64,000 nt of DNA from an uncultured bacterium (GTDB lineage Bacteria; Omnitrophota; Gorgyraeia; Zapsychrales; Aceulaceae), in NCBI GenBank assembly GCA_937930175.1, contig CALGLP010000015.1, positions 4,174 through 68,173 of the forward strand. The letters run 5' to 3'. A program made the translations under genes and the position numbers. Numbering within the stretch: the first letter of the stretch is position 1; each line of letters opens with the position of its first letter. The notes beneath the pieces were generated by a model. It saw only the letters and a list, made by a program, of their open reading frames with translations. It was not told where the DNA came from and made no database searches. Positions 1 to 11,231 of the stretch are shown piece by piece.

Positions 1-608
1 GGCATCTGCCGTAAAATACGAATGACAGCCGCTGGCGTCATATCCAACAACCGGCTCTCGATGAGAACAACCGACGGCAAAAACATCACAGCCTTGGAAA
101 CAACCTGTTCACCCTGAATAACAAAATCAGTATAGTGCCCTTGCTCTTTGAGCTGAGCAATCATGGGTTCAACGCATTCTTTTTCATAACGGCCAACCAC
201 CAGCACTCGCTCTTGCCTTCCGATTCTTGCTTCAGGATCCTCTGGGGCAAAAACTTTTTCAATTTGCGCAAGCAAGACCTCACGGTCTACTGGCTTATCG
301 ATAAATCCGCTCACGCCCAAGGCATCAAAATAATCTTTCATCTTTGGCCGTTCAAGCAAAACAAGAAAGGGAATATCCTTGCCGTAATAACGTTTACGCA
401 ATTCTTTATAAAAATCACTGCCGCTCATCTGCGCCATTAAAACATCTGAAATAATAAGATCAGGGATGATCTCATCAGCCTTGGCCATCCCCTCCACACC
501 ATTTTGAGCAAGAAAAACCTGAAAACCCTTGGCTGTCAAGATTTCAGTCCAGAGATCTTTAAAAGCGGCGTCCTCACAAACAATCAGTATTTTTTTCGCT
601 AGATCCAT
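1..608 (-). CDS. Response regulator with a receiver (CheY-like) domain plus a second receiver-like region; 3' end runs off the window
   Basis: Reverse-strand translation from the ATG at 606-608 gives MDLAKKILIVCEDAAFKDLWTEI...DLIISDVLM...GFIDKP, which carries the receiver-domain Asp/Lys signatures. AGGAGA ribosome-binding site upstream. Missed by the ORF track because it has no stop in the window. The + strand ORFs 135..440 and 529..804 are antisense to it. Confidence 0.7.
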   Translation of the reverse strand, partial: MDLAKKILIVCEDAAFKDLWTEILTAKGFQVFLAQNGVEGMAKADEIIPDLIISDVLMAQMSGSDFYKELRKRYYGKDIPFLVLLERPKMKDYFDALGVSGFIDKPVDREVLLAQIEKVFAPEDPEARIGRQERVLVVGRYEKECVEPMIAQLKEQGHYTDFVIQGEQVVSKAVMFLPSVVLIESRLLDMTPAAVIRILRQM

Positions 609-837
609 CAGAGTCTCCTGTGCGCCATCGATGTCGAGGGTCATTCCACTCGTGATTTTCACTATACTATTTCAAAAAGCAATAATCCAGAAGAAAAAGA
701 ACCTTATTCCTGCACCAGAGCCTCCGCCACCACCGTTCTTCTCAGGCCTTCCTTCTTGCCGCGCATCTTCCCTTTGCCATGCCAAACTCCTTCTGCTATC
801 ATGATAGTGCTAAACGATTTTCAATTGGCAAAAGACT

Positions 838-2343
838 ATGTACGACATCATCCTCATCAATCCCAAAAGCAATGTCTTGCATTCATTTAATTTCTTAATC
901 GCTAAAAGCATCCCCTTATCGCTTGCTTACATCGCAGCTTACCTCGAGAAAAAAAATTACCGCGTCAAGATCATCGACGAAGAAGTGGGCGAAGTGACCC
1001 GCGAAAAACTTCTTGAACTGGTCGACCACAAAAAACCATTGTTTGGCCTCAGCTGCTTGACGCCAACGGTCAGCCGCGGCTACCAGCTCGCAGATTTCCT
1101 TAAATCGGTCTTTCCCGAATCAACGATTGTTTTTGGCGGGATTCACGGGACCGTTCTCCCAGAGGAAGTCTTAAGCCACCCGGCTGTTGACCTTGTGGTC
1201 CGAGGCGAAGGCGAACCTATCATCGAGGAAATTATCTGCCATCATCGCCAAGGAAAAGATTTTAAAGATATTTTATCCTGTTCTTATCGCTCTGGCAGCA
1301 GCTTCATTCACAACCCCCTGGCCCCGTTAATCGATATCAACTCCTTGCCTAGCATTCCGTATCATCTATTTGATTCTAAAGTTTATGACATGGGATTTAT
1401 GATTTCGTCCAGAGGGTGCCCTTACAATTGTGCTTTTTGCAGCCAACGCGTGATTAACGGCAACACCTTTCGCTATCGCTCTACAGAAAGCGTCATTGCA
1501 GAATTAAAAACACTCACAGAAATATATCACCCCTCAAACATTGTCTTCTTAGATGATATTTTCACGGTGAACAAGAAACGTGTCCGAGAACTTTGCGCAG
1601 CCATGATTCAAAACAATTTGCACACCAAGGCGGAGTATTCAATCTCAACCCGCGGGGACTGCATTGACGAAGAGCTCTTGACCATGCTTGGCTCAGCACA
1701 TTTTACAGCGCTTAACATGGGGGTCGAGACTGCAAGCGAAGAACTCATGAAGCTCATTAACAAAAAAGAAACCGTTGCCGATATTGTCCGCGGCATTAAA
1801 CTCGCGCAAAAATACAAATTCAGCATTGATACAACCTTTATTTACGGGATCCCCGGAGAGACAAGGGCGGACCGCGTTGCCTCTTTTCGCTTAGCCGCAT
1901 CTCTCAATCCCGACAAGGCGCGCTTTAACAATGCCACACCCTATCCCGGGACAAAATTTTATAATATCGCCAAAGAAGAAAACAATCTCAACATTGTAGG
2001 TCATTGGGAAAATTTTACGCCCACGGGTGTTTTGGCATCTGACCATCCTGATAGCGCATCCTTGCCTTATTATCCCAAGGGCTCAACCCCTGATGAGATT
2101 ATCAGAGATGTCCTTCAGGCCAATATGCTGTATTTTCTTGGGCCTCGACGGCTGTGGCGGCTTATTAAGAATCTTTTTGACCGGCGAGGAACAAAATGGC
2201 TCGTGCTTCCTGAAGGCTGGTGGAAAGAACCGAAGCACCTAAAAAGCATTTTTCAGGTAACCATGCTCTGCTTCAAAAGATTACTTCTCTTGCTCAAATG
2301 GGGCTTCCAAGGCAAACTCTTAACACAATACAAAAAAACATAA
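838..2343 (+). CDS. B12-binding-domain radical SAM protein
   Basis: N-terminal cobalamin-binding-like domain followed by the CPYNCAFC (CxxxCxxC) radical-SAM cluster motif. 501 aa. Confidence 0.8.
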   Translation: MYDIILINPKSNVLHSFNFLIAKSIPLSLAYIAAYLEKKNYRVKIIDEEVGEVTREKLLELVDHKKPLFGLSCLTPTVSRGYQLADFLKSVFPESTIVFGGIHGTVLPEEVLSHPAVDLVVRGEGEPIIEEIICHHRQGKDFKDILSCSYRSGSSFIHNPLAPLIDINSLPSIPYHLFDSKVYDMGFMISSRGCPYNCAFCSQRVINGNTFRYRSTESVIAELKTLTEIYHPSNIVFLDDIFTVNKKRVRELCAAMIQNNLHTKAEYSISTRGDCIDEELLTMLGSAHFTALNMGVETASEELMKLINKKETVADIVRGIKLAQKYKFSIDTTFIYGIPGETRADRVASFRLAASLNPDKARFNNATPYPGTKFYNIAKEENNLNIVGHWENFTPTGVLASDHPDSASLPYYPKGSTPDEIIRDVLQANMLYFLGPRRLWRLIKNLFDRRGTKWLVLPEGWWKEPKHLKSIFQVTMLCFKRLLLLLKWGFQGKLLTQYKKT

Positions 2344-2435
2344 CGAATCGCAATCCCCTCTCAAAAATACTGGCTCTCCACTCCCCTTTTATTTTTCTCG
2401 CAAACGGTGTCAACATTAAAACAACCAGCGATCAT

Positions 2436-3479
2436 CTATGTTAAAGACGCCATATCAATAACAAATCGAAACTTGACATCGCCTTTCACCACGCGCTCAT
2501 AAGCTTCTTGCGCCTTCTGGATCGGAATCAATTCAATATCGGAAACAATGCCATGCTTACCGCAGAAATCCAGCATCTCCTGGGTTTCAGTGATCCCACC
2601 GATCAGAGATCCGGCCAAGCTACGGCGGCCAAAGATAAGGCTCGCGGCAGACACCGGCGGCGCCTTAGGCGGCACGCCTAAAAGGACCATAGTCCCGTCG
2701 CGCTTTAAAAGTCCAAGATACTGATTCCAGTCCAAATCAACAGAAACCGTACACAGAATCAAATCAAATGTCTTAGCAAGTTTCTCAAATGTCCCAGCCT
2801 CGCCCATCGCATGATAGTGATGCGCCCCCAAGCGCTTAGCATCGGCCTCTTTATTGCGCGATCGACTAATCACCGAAACCTCCGCGCCCATCGCCTTCGC
2901 AATTTTGACCGCCATATGCCCCAAACCTCCTAAACCCATCACGCCAATACGTTTGCCTGGACCTGCCTTCCAATGACGCAGCGGCGAATATGTCGTGATC
3001 CCCGCACACAACAAGGGCGCCATGGCATCCATAGGAAGATTTAAAGGCAGACGTAAAACAAAATGCTCATCCACCACAATGCGGTTTGAATAACCACCCT
3101 GGGCCAATATCTTGCCGTCCTTCTCGTAACAGTTATAAGTAAAAATAGGCTGCCGGCAAAACTGCTCGTACCCTTCCTTACAATCCGGGCATTCACGACA
3201 AGAATCCACCAGGCAACCCACGCCAACCTTGTCACCAGGCTTAAAAGATTTGACCTGCTTCCCCGCATCAGCCACGACCCCAACAATCTCATGGCCAGGC
3301 ACCATCGGATACAAAGAGTGTCCCCATTCATCTCGCACCTGGTGGATGTCTGAATGACAAATCCCGCAAAAATGAATATCGATTAAAACATCATGAGGCC
3401 CCAAATCACGCCTGGAAAATGCAAATGGAGCCAATGGCTTTGTCGCGCTTGCCGCCGCGTAAGATTTTGCTGGATACAT
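2436..3479 (-). CDS. Zinc-dependent alcohol dehydrogenase (cinnamyl-ADH/YahK-like, NADP-dependent family)
   Basis: Motifs GICHSDIH, GHEIVGVV and the GLGGLGHMAVKIAKAMG Rossmann segment. Confidence 0.85.
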   Translation of the reverse strand: MYPAKSYAAASATKPLAPFAFSRRDLGPHDVLIDIHFCGICHSDIHQVRDEWGHSLYPMVPGHEIVGVVADAGKQVKSFKPGDKVGVGCLVDSCRECPDCKEGYEQFCRQPIFTYNCYEKDGKILAQGGYSNRIVVDEHFVLRLPLNLPMDAMAPLLCAGITTYSPLRHWKAGPGKRIGVMGLGGLGHMAVKIAKAMGAEVSVISRSRNKEADAKRLGAHHYHAMGEAGTFEKLAKTFDLILCTVSVDLDWNQYLGLLKRDGTMVLLGVPPKAPPVSAASLIFGRRSLAGSLIGGITETQEMLDFCGKHGIVSDIELIPIQKAQEAYERVVKGDVKFRFVIDMASLT

Positions 3480-3509
3480 CAGTACCTCCTTTTATCATTA
3501 ATTATCGTT

Positions 3510-4877
3510 CTAAACCGGTTCAAATAAACTTGCAAATCGATCCCTAAACTCATAAATTCTTTCATCGAAGATAATATCACGTGCCATGATGGGCCTTTTT
3601 AAAATAATCCCTTCAAGCGATGTGCAGCGACTCAGGCCAACATAAACCTGGCCGTGGGTAAAAGCCCCGGCGGCTAAATCGATGACAACATTATCAAAGG
3701 TCTGGCCCTGACTTTTATGAATCGTAATAGCCCAAGCAAGCTTGATCGGATATTGTTCAAAAGTGCCAATGATCTTTTCTTCAATCTTATCTTCATCTTC
3801 ATTGTAAGCGTACTCGATCTTTTCCCAACTTGATTTAGGAACATCATAAATACGCCCCTTAATTGAAACCTTAATCGTCTCTGACGACAACTCCTCAACC
3901 TGGGCAATGGTACCATTGACCCATTTTTTATCAACGTCATTGCGTATCAAAATGATCTGCGCGCCCTTCTTAAGCCTCAAGCAAGACTCCGCTGGATAAG
4001 CCGACTCTTCAAATTGTTTAGTGATCACAGCTTCATAGCGATACTCTCGACTTGGCAGCTCCGCCAACCGTTCTTCATTAATGGCATTGGCGCGACTATT
4101 GGTCGTTGTCAAAAGAACGCAGTGAGGTGCATCCCCTGGCATGCTTTTCTTCACCCGCTCGTTGAGCAAGTTAAGATCGTCATCATCTTGAGTCTTATTG
4201 CGGATCTTGTTTAAGAGATCAATAAATTGGGTATCGGATTGACGATAATTCTTATTCAATTCCACATAACGTAAACTCAGCTTGTTAAAAGCCTTGGCTT
4301 TAAAAAAATACGGACTTCCGTAGAGTTGCTTTAGAATATCTCTTGCTTCCTTCTCAACCACGGGAGAAAGCTGGAACAAATCTCCAAAAAACACCATCTG
4401 CACGCCGCCAAAAGGCACGCCCATGTTCTCCCGATTAATTCTTAACGCATAATCAATCCCATCCATCATATCGGCACGCACCATCGAAACCTCATCCACG
4501 ATCAGGGTGTCAAGCTTCTGAAAGATCTCGCTCTTGTGTCGTTTATGGATATTATCCTTTTGGATCAAACGCGGAGGAAATCGAAAGAACGAGTGGATGG
4601 TCTGGCCGCCAATGTTGACCGCCGCAACGCCCGTCGGCGCTAAAACAGCGATATTTTTTGTCGTATTCTTCTTAAAATATTTAAGGAGGGTTGTTTTCCC
4701 GGTGCCGGCCTTGCCGGTAATAAAAATACTGTCTTGCGTATTTTCTATGAGATTAAAAACACCTACGAATTCCTCATTGAGCTCCAAATTGTCAGGCAAA
4801 ATATTGGCTTCGCTAAGCAGCCGATTTCTTTCAAATAAAGAGGCTCTTGTTTTTTGTTTTCTCATCTTGGTTGGCAT
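3510..4877 (-). CDS. PIF1/RecD-family ATP-dependent DNA helicase
   Basis: Walker A GKAGTGKTT; C-terminal HKSQGQTFDNVVIDL motif typical of PIF1/RecD helicases. Confidence 0.8.
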   Translation of the reverse strand: MPTKMRKQKTRASLFERNRLLSEANILPDNLELNEEFVGVFNLIENTQDSIFITGKAGTGKTTLLKYFKKNTTKNIAVLAPTGVAAVNIGGQTIHSFFRFPPRLIQKDNIHKRHKSEIFQKLDTLIVDEVSMVRADMMDGIDYALRINRENMGVPFGGVQMVFFGDLFQLSPVVEKEARDILKQLYGSPYFFKAKAFNKLSLRYVELNKNYRQSDTQFIDLLNKIRNKTQDDDDLNLLNERVKKSMPGDAPHCVLLTTTNSRANAINEERLAELPSREYRYEAVITKQFEESAYPAESCLRLKKGAQIILIRNDVDKKWVNGTIAQVEELSSETIKVSIKGRIYDVPKSSWEKIEYAYNEDEDKIEEKIIGTFEQYPIKLAWAITIHKSQGQTFDNVVIDLAAGAFTHGQVYVGLSRCTSLEGIILKRPIMARDIIFDERIYEFRDRFASLFEPV

Positions 4878-4978
4878 CCCTTAAGCAATGTCTATTATTT
4901 CCTGCCTTGAAACACGGGGCTATTCTACCCCCTTCTCTTGCTTCAAGCAAGCATCACGGCGCAAAAAACTTAAAACAT

Positions 4979-6535
4979 TTATTTTGTCTGGCTCTTATTT
5001 TGAAAAACTCGGCTGTTACGAAGCGCATTGGCTTTCTGAAGATTATCCGCTAATAGCACGCTAAGCTCTCCGGCATTGTGAATCTTTTCATATTCATCGA
5101 TTCCCTCCAGATAACGCCCTTGATCACAAAGCGCCTTGCCAAGAGCGATGCGGGCCCTCACATCCTGCGGGTCAAAAACTAACATCTTTCTAAACTCTTG
5201 CTCTGCATAAACGAAAGATCTTCTATTGGCATATTCAAGCCCCAAGGCATACCAGATACGGATATTATCAGGATTATGCGCAAGGGACTGCCGATAGACA
5301 GTGATTTTATTACTTGCTAAAACACTCTGGCTCATGGTTGTGAGCAAAAGAAACAAAAACCATCCCGCGGTCGCTTGAGCGAGGATCTTCTTGGACACCA
5401 TCTTGCGGCACATCATCCAATGGCAAAAACTTTTTGCCAAGAGCACCAATAGAACAAAAATACCTACAGAAGATATATACATCTGCCGCTCCGCCATCGA
5501 AACATACCCTGGCTGAACACCGATAGGAATAACCTGGGAAAAAGGCAATAGCCCGATCAAGAACCATAAAAAAAAGAATATCACCGGAGCGCCTAATATC
5601 TTTCTATTTTTGATGAAAAGAATGAATAAAACAAAAAACAGCCCTACGATACCTAAAACTTCGATATTAAAGTCTTGAAAAATACGCTCAATGCGATAAA
5701 AATGCAGCCCTATCGGCATGATCGTAAGCCAAATATTGGTTAGCATTAATTTAAAAAGCATAACAAATGCCAACATGCTAGCCTTGAAGGAGGGCCAGTA
5801 GAAAATATGTGTGATCCCAAGCACCTGGCGTAACAAGACATAAAACAAAAGAACGATCAAGAAAGGAGCAACTCTCCGAATGAAAAGCGCTGCTCCCTCT
5901 CTAAAACTTAATCGACGCGCAGAAAAAAGGATATAGGATGCAACCATCAACAACAGCAAAACAATAGCATTTTCTTTGCTTAACAGCGCTAGAGAAAATA
6001 AAACCAGAGAAAAGAGATAATAATAAAAAGGAGCCTTCGTTTCGTTGTAACGCCAGAAAAAATAGAAAGCATTGATATAGAAAAACGCGCACAAGATGGT
6101 GTCCGTTAGATTCATGCACACCACTTCCCAATGCAAAGGATGAAGGACAAACAAAAGCGATGTCAAAAACCCTACCTCGCGCGACTGAAGAATCCCCCTA
6201 ACAAGAAAGAAAATACTGACTGCCACGCCAATATGCAGCAGCAAATTTACAAGATTAAAGAAAAAGGGATTGGGACCAAAAAGGTGATACACCATCATGT
6301 AATAAAAAACAAGCAGCGGACGATAATAGGCGCCGCCCTCAAAGAGAGGCGTGCTAAATATTTTTCCAACATGGGCAAAACTTTGAAGGTCAGGATTATG
6401 GATGATGAGCGCTGGGTCATCAATGGTTTTAAATGAACCACTGAGCATAAAAGCATAGCTCATGAATGCGGCAACACAAAGAAACAGGATAACGCACCGA
6501 TTGTCTCTTAAAAGATTCTCCAAAAGACTTTTCAT
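4979..6535 (-). CDS. Polytopic membrane protein (GT39/PMT-like N-terminus) with C-terminal TPR repeats
   Basis: About 11 hydrophobic helices followed by a TPR-like C-terminus (YALGLEYANRRSF...ALGKALCDQGRY). Start set at the ATG with an AAGAGG ribosome-binding site (MKSLLENLL). Confidence 0.55.
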   Translation of the reverse strand: MKSLLENLLRDNRCVILFLCVAAFMSYAFMLSGSFKTIDDPALIIHNPDLQSFAHVGKIFSTPLFEGGAYYRPLLVFYYMMVYHLFGPNPFFFNLVNLLLHIGVAVSIFFLVRGILQSREVGFLTSLLFVLHPLHWEVVCMNLTDTILCAFFYINAFYFFWRYNETKAPFYYYLFSLVLFSLALLSKENAIVLLLLMVASYILFSARRLSFREGAALFIRRVAPFLIVLLFYVLLRQVLGITHIFYWPSFKASMLAFVMLFKLMLTNIWLTIMPIGLHFYRIERIFQDFNIEVLGIVGLFFVLFILFIKNRKILGAPVIFFFLWFLIGLLPFSQVIPIGVQPGYVSMAERQMYISSVGIFVLLVLLAKSFCHWMMCRKMVSKKILAQATAGWFLFLLLTTMSQSVLASNKITVYRQSLAHNPDNIRIWYALGLEYANRRSFVYAEQEFRKMLVFDPQDVRARIALGKALCDQGRYLEGIDEYEKIHNAGELSVLLADNLQKANALRNSRVFQNKSQTK

Positions 6536-6802
6536 AAAACCTCTTAAGAAGCATCGCAAGGAAAAACTAAACGCTACGCCTTATTGACTGGACGACCCTC
6601 TCTTCTTATCTAACAAAGCAGAAGCTGGCTGAAAAAAGATGAAATGAGCACAGTATTAGCGCAAAATTTACCAAATTAGAAACTAAACCTTAAGATTTCC
6701 TTAATCAACAAAAATCTTCGCAAGCTCTTCTCTATACGAAAACTTAATAGGATAAAGGCAGACATCTTTATTACAATAGCCTTTTTGATCCATACAACTT
6801 GC

Positions 6803-8533
6803 CTATGAGGTTCCTTTATTCTTTATAATATGTTTGGCAGCAAACACGTTTCTCAGCAAAACCCAGATCTCATGGGCGTCAACAGCTTTCATCATTGCAT
6901 CTCTTGTTTTTTGTTCGCTCATGGTTTTTGCAATAAAACTAAGTATTTGCACCTGAAAATCATAATCATCCGCAGGGGTTAAAATCAAGAATATCAAATG
7001 AGCCATTTTCCCATCTGGCGCATTCCATTCGATCCCATCAAAAGATCTGCCAAAATAAATAACAGGCCTTCTGATCCCTGCCAGCCGTGCATGCGGCACA
7101 GCGATCCCCCCTTCCAGGGCTGTACCCATTTCACTTTCACGATTGATAACCGCCTCATAAATACTTTCCCACTCAGGCATATCGTCTTGGCCAGCCGCAA
7201 GTCCACACAATTCCTCGATAGCTTTATTGATCTCCTGATGTTTCATAGAACCAATAATCCCCCTGGCTGTAAAATATTCCAAGACGCTTACTTCTTTACG
7301 TTTTCGTATAGAATAATTTAACCACGGGCCAAGCATAACAGAAGATATAACCGCCCCGAACACAATAGCCACGAACATCGGTTCCTTGATAAGGCCGTAT
7401 TCCAGAGCCAATAACCCCACCACAATGACCATGGCCCCGCCTGGAGTATGCGCAATAGAAACCGAGAGCCTGTTTGTTTTCGGCAGATCGGTAAGATTAA
7501 CGCCAAGCCACGCCCCTAGAAACTTTCCATAGACCCCAATACCACTTATCAATAAAATAAGAAAAACATCAAAACTTTTTAAGAAATCAACTTTCAAACC
7601 AATATTAACAAAAAATAACGGCACAAAGATGGCAGAGACCATTTGCGAAATAATTTGACGGGCATTCTCGGAGAGAGCACGTGACCCGCCGGCCATGATC
7701 CCCGCGATAAAGAATCCAAAAAGAGCATGAATTCCTATTTTTTGAGTCATCCCTCCACAAACAGCTCCCAAAACGCAGATAAAGGTAAGCGGAATTCCAG
7801 GTTGAGACATTTTTTTATTCTTAATACCAGTAATTATTTTATCAACGATATTCCTTCCGACCGTTAGACAAGCTACCGTAAAAACAATGGTTGCCCCCGC
7901 AACAAAGAAGACGTGGACAATATCCAAACTTGCTTGCGTAAACACGCCCAAAACTAAGGTAAAGATCAACCATCCGACAATATCATTAACCGATAACGCA
8001 GACATTATCAAGAAACCCAAATCGGTCTTAAAGATCTTAAGATCCTGCAAAGTTCTAGCTGTTATAGGAAGATCGCTAATCGTCATCACAGTTGCCATAA
8101 AAATAGCAAAAAGAAGTCTTTGCTCAGGATTCGCTAAATAAGAATCAGGAAGCAAATAACATGCAACAAACGCTATCGCCATAGGCACAATAATATCCGA
8201 TAATGCTATCTTGAGCGCAGGTCCTCGCTGCTTCCATGCTGAAGCAAAATCAATTTCGAGACCGGATTCCAAAAGAAGGAATAAAACTCCTATCCAAGCA
8301 ACCGTCTCAAGCATGCTTTGCTGAACAATATCACTGGGGAAAATAGCGTTATGCCAGGAAGGCAGGAACCTGCCAAGCACTGTAGGTCCCAAAAAGATTC
8401 CAACGAGAAGTTCCGCCGTCAACGGCGGCTGCCTCCACTTACGAAATAACTCCCCTAGGCCTCTTGCCAAGCCAAGCAGAATCGCTATCTGCACCAAAAA
8501 AATAAATATATTTTGTTCATTTAAATAATGCAT
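6803..8533 (-). CDS. Cation:proton antiporter (CPA2/Kef-NapA type) fused to a C-terminal PTS EIIA type-2 (PtsN-like) regulatory domain
   Basis: About 12 TM helices with CPA2-like sequence. The C-terminal 150 aa (GGIAVPHARL...AHLIFLILTP) matches the PTS_EIIA_2 fold including the phosphorylatable His. The start could also be at 8551. Confidence 0.7.
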   Translation of the reverse strand: MHYLNEQNIFIFLVQIAILLGLARGLGELFRKWRQPPLTAELLVGIFLGPTVLGRFLPSWHNAIFPSDIVQQSMLETVAWIGVLFLLLESGLEIDFASAWKQRGPALKIALSDIIVPMAIAFVACYLLPDSYLANPEQRLLFAIFMATVMTISDLPITARTLQDLKIFKTDLGFLIMSALSVNDIVGWLIFTLVLGVFTQASLDIVHVFFVAGATIVFTVACLTVGRNIVDKIITGIKNKKMSQPGIPLTFICVLGAVCGGMTQKIGIHALFGFFIAGIMAGGSRALSENARQIISQMVSAIFVPLFFVNIGLKVDFLKSFDVFLILLISGIGVYGKFLGAWLGVNLTDLPKTNRLSVSIAHTPGGAMVIVVGLLALEYGLIKEPMFVAIVFGAVISSVMLGPWLNYSIRKRKEVSVLEYFTARGIIGSMKHQEINKAIEELCGLAAGQDDMPEWESIYEAVINRESEMGTALEGGIAVPHARLAGIRRPVIYFGRSFDGIEWNAPDGKMAHLIFLILTPADDYDFQVQILSFIAKTMSEQKTRDAMMKAVDAHEIWVLLRNVFAAKHIIKNKGTS

Positions 8534-8606
8534 AAAAACCACCCTATTCATACTTCAGAAAATCAAAAAATCATTTCGCTAAAGATCTCTTGCTCTTTTC
8601 AGCTCC

Positions 8607-10403
8607 CTAAATAAGAAAAGATCGATCTTCATCACTCCAGCGATAGTCTGTTTCCAAAAGAAACGCTGTCTGGATTAACGCTAAATGCGAATACCCTTGC
8701 GGGAAATTTCCCCTCAATACACCCGTTGCAGGCTCAATCCCTTCCGATAACAACCCAAACTTATTCGTATAGCCAATTACCCGATCAAACATTTCTCGCG
8801 CTTCCTGTTTTCGACCGATCAAATAAAGCGCGTTAATAAGCCAAAACGTGCAGACAATGAACGCATTCTGAGGAACCCCAAATTCATCTTCGGCGGTGTA
8901 GCGCATTACAAATCCATCACGCAAAAGTTTCTCATAAGACGCTTCAACAGTTCCAACAATCCGCGGATCCGCGGCATCTAAAAACCCATAATGCAGCATA
9001 AGAAGGTTTGAGGCATCGAGATCTTTAGAGCCATATGCCATGACAAAGCTGTTTAGCTCCTTATTCCAACCATTCTTCAAAACATCTTTTTTGATTTCAT
9101 CGGCAACTTTTAAATACCGATCGACATGTTGTTCCTTCCCAACAAACCGGCTAATCTTCACAGCCCGGTCCAACGCCACCCAATTCATCATCTTAGAATG
9201 AACAAAATGCTGCATCTCACCCCGTCTCTCCCAGATGCCACAATCCGGCTCTTGCCATATCTCAATCACATGATTTGCAAGGGAGCGAACCACCGTCCAT
9301 AACTCTTCATTAAATTTTTCTTTCTGCTTAGCATTAATAACAAAATAAGAATAAATCGCTTCAATCAATTCTCCATAAACATCATTTTGCTGTTGTTGAT
9401 AGGCTGCATTGCCAATACGCACCGGAAAAGAACCTTCATAACCCGCCAAATGCTCAAGAACTTGCTCTCTAATATCACGTTCACCATTGATCCCATACAT
9501 CACAGAAATATTCTCACTTTTTAGTAGCATCCGTCCGAGAATAAACTTGATAAAATTTTCCGATGCAATAACATGGCCAATACGTGCGAAAAGATCAATA
9601 ATCATGCTCGCATCCCGCATCCAGCAAAACCGGTAATCCCAGTTCCTCTCTCCGCCTTTGATCTCTGGCAATGATGTTGTCGAAGCCGCAACAAACGCTC
9701 CTGTCCGCTGAAACATCAATAATTTAAGAGTAATAATTGAACGAAGCACAATTTCCCGATATTTTTCCGGGGCGCTTGTTCGATACACCCAATCCATCCA
9801 GTAACTTTTTGTTCGTTCATATTCCAAATAAACTCTTTCCTGTGTGACGGGGGTCAATTTTTCATGATAAGAAAGCACGAAATACGACGACGCCTTTAAT
9901 GCAATAGGCTCACCGCGCATGATAGTATTAAAATCTAAATCCGAATATAAATAAAAACTACTATATTCGCCTTTGGTGGAGTTAATTTTTAAATATTCTG
10001 AGGATACGGAAAAACTTGCCAAACCTAACCCATAATTCGGACATGGCTTAAGTTCAACGATTAAACGTGGGCTTCCTTCCAACAGATGAATATTGCGATG
10101 AATCTCAGATGGGCACATCACTTCTCCATCATGCGCTAAAAAGCGGGGCATATAATCCATCACTTCAAAAATACCGGTCTTTGTGATAAACTTTGTTTTT
10201 AGTATCGGCGAATGATGTACGTAGTGCTGCTCTACGTCGATGATATCTTTTGCCCAAATACGAAAATATCCCCCTTTTTGGTCATCCAAAAGACGACCAA
10301 ATAGCGAAGCTGAATCAAAAAACGGCAAACACAGCCAATCAATAGAACATTCCGAACTAATTAAGGCAGCGCTTGTACAATTCCCAACAACAGCATGATT
10401 CAT
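8607..10403 (-). CDS. Glycoside hydrolase family 15 (glucoamylase/trehalase TreH-like)
   Basis: N-terminus ALISSECSIDWLCLPFFDSASLFG and the (alpha/alpha)6 GH15 catalytic-region signatures. Sits in a trehalose cluster. Confidence 0.8.
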   Translation of the reverse strand: MNHAVVGNCTSAALISSECSIDWLCLPFFDSASLFGRLLDDQKGGYFRIWAKDIIDVEQHYVHHSPILKTKFITKTGIFEVMDYMPRFLAHDGEVMCPSEIHRNIHLLEGSPRLIVELKPCPNYGLGLASFSVSSEYLKINSTKGEYSSFYLYSDLDFNTIMRGEPIALKASSYFVLSYHEKLTPVTQERVYLEYERTKSYWMDWVYRTSAPEKYREIVLRSIITLKLLMFQRTGAFVAASTTSLPEIKGGERNWDYRFCWMRDASMIIDLFARIGHVIASENFIKFILGRMLLKSENISVMYGINGERDIREQVLEHLAGYEGSFPVRIGNAAYQQQQNDVYGELIEAIYSYFVINAKQKEKFNEELWTVVRSLANHVIEIWQEPDCGIWERRGEMQHFVHSKMMNWVALDRAVKISRFVGKEQHVDRYLKVADEIKKDVLKNGWNKELNSFVMAYGSKDLDASNLLMLHYGFLDAADPRIVGTVEASYEKLLRDGFVMRYTAEDEFGVPQNAFIVCTFWLINALYLIGRKQEAREMFDRVIGYTNKFGLLSEGIEPATGVLRGNFPQGYSHLALIQTAFLLETDYRWSDEDRSFLI

Positions 10404-10429
10404 ATACTCACTCCTTTATCCATAAGACG

Positions 10430-11224
10430 TTAATTCTTCAAATCCAAAACAGTTTTTAGAAACCGCGCTACGTGATTGATGTCCTTTAAACAATACTGCG
10501 CCGCTGAAACCTTAGCGCATCCGACGCGAATGCAGAGTCCTCGGCGTTTTAAGGCAATAAAAGCCGTTTCGTCGGTCACATCATCACCAATAAAGACAGG
10601 AAAGGTTTTGCGCCCCTGACCATTCTTACGCATATGCTTAATAAGCCACAAAACCACAGCGCCTTTATTCCATTTGACCGCGGGCTTAATTTCAAAAACT
10701 TCTTTTCCGATGCTAAGATCGACTCTCCGCGTCTGCAAATAAGGCCGAATGACTTCCCAAAAAATCGTTTTCAACAAAGCTACTTGTTGACGATCAACCC
10801 GTCGATAATGAACACTCAGTGTCAGCCGTTTGTCCTCGATCAAAAGGCCTTTGATACCTCCAAGATGCTTTTCCAGATCTCTTGCTATCTTACGCAATAA
10901 ACTTTGAACCTCAGATCCAACAAAAGACGTGTAGGCAAGGCCAGGGCCTGCCACTTCCAAACCATGATTCCCCGCGTACATAATATCTTTGAGGCCAACA
11001 CGCTTCCTCACATCAGACAATGCGCGACCGCTAACGACGGCCACAAAACACTTTGGATCTTTGACAAGTTGCCTTAGCAACGCCTTACTTTCTTGAAGGA
11101 TCGTCGCGCTTTTGTAATGATCGACAATAGCGGCAAGGGTTCCATCAAAATCTAAGAAAAGCAGGATCTTTTTTCCCGCTAGAAATTTCTTAATATCTTC
11201 CCACTCATCAAAAAGAAGCTTCAT
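10430..11224 (-). CDS. otsB: Trehalose-6-phosphate phosphatase (HAD superfamily)
   Basis: LFLDFDGTLA (DxDGT) HAD motif I and OtsB-like sequence throughout. Start set at MKLLFDEW with an upstream GAGGGA ribosome-binding site, which avoids overlap with mscS. Confidence 0.8.
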   Translation of the reverse strand: MKLLFDEWEDIKKFLAGKKILLFLDFDGTLAAIVDHYKSATILQESKALLRQLVKDPKCFVAVVSGRALSDVRKRVGLKDIMYAGNHGLEVAGPGLAYTSFVGSEVQSLLRKIARDLEKHLGGIKGLLIEDKRLTLSVHYRRVDRQQVALLKTIFWEVIRPYLQTRRVDLSIGKEVFEIKPAVKWNKGAVVLWLIKHMRKNGQGRKTFPVFIGDDVTDETAFIALKRRGLCIRVGCAKVSAAQYCLKDINHVARFLKTVLDLKN

Positions 11225-11231
11225 TCTAAAA

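Noticed and set aside
135-804. Track ORFs 135..440 (+) and 529..804 (+)
   Set aside because: They are antisense to a well-supported response-regulator CDS on the minus strand (ATG at 606-608, AGGAGA ribosome-binding site) and have low-complexity translations.
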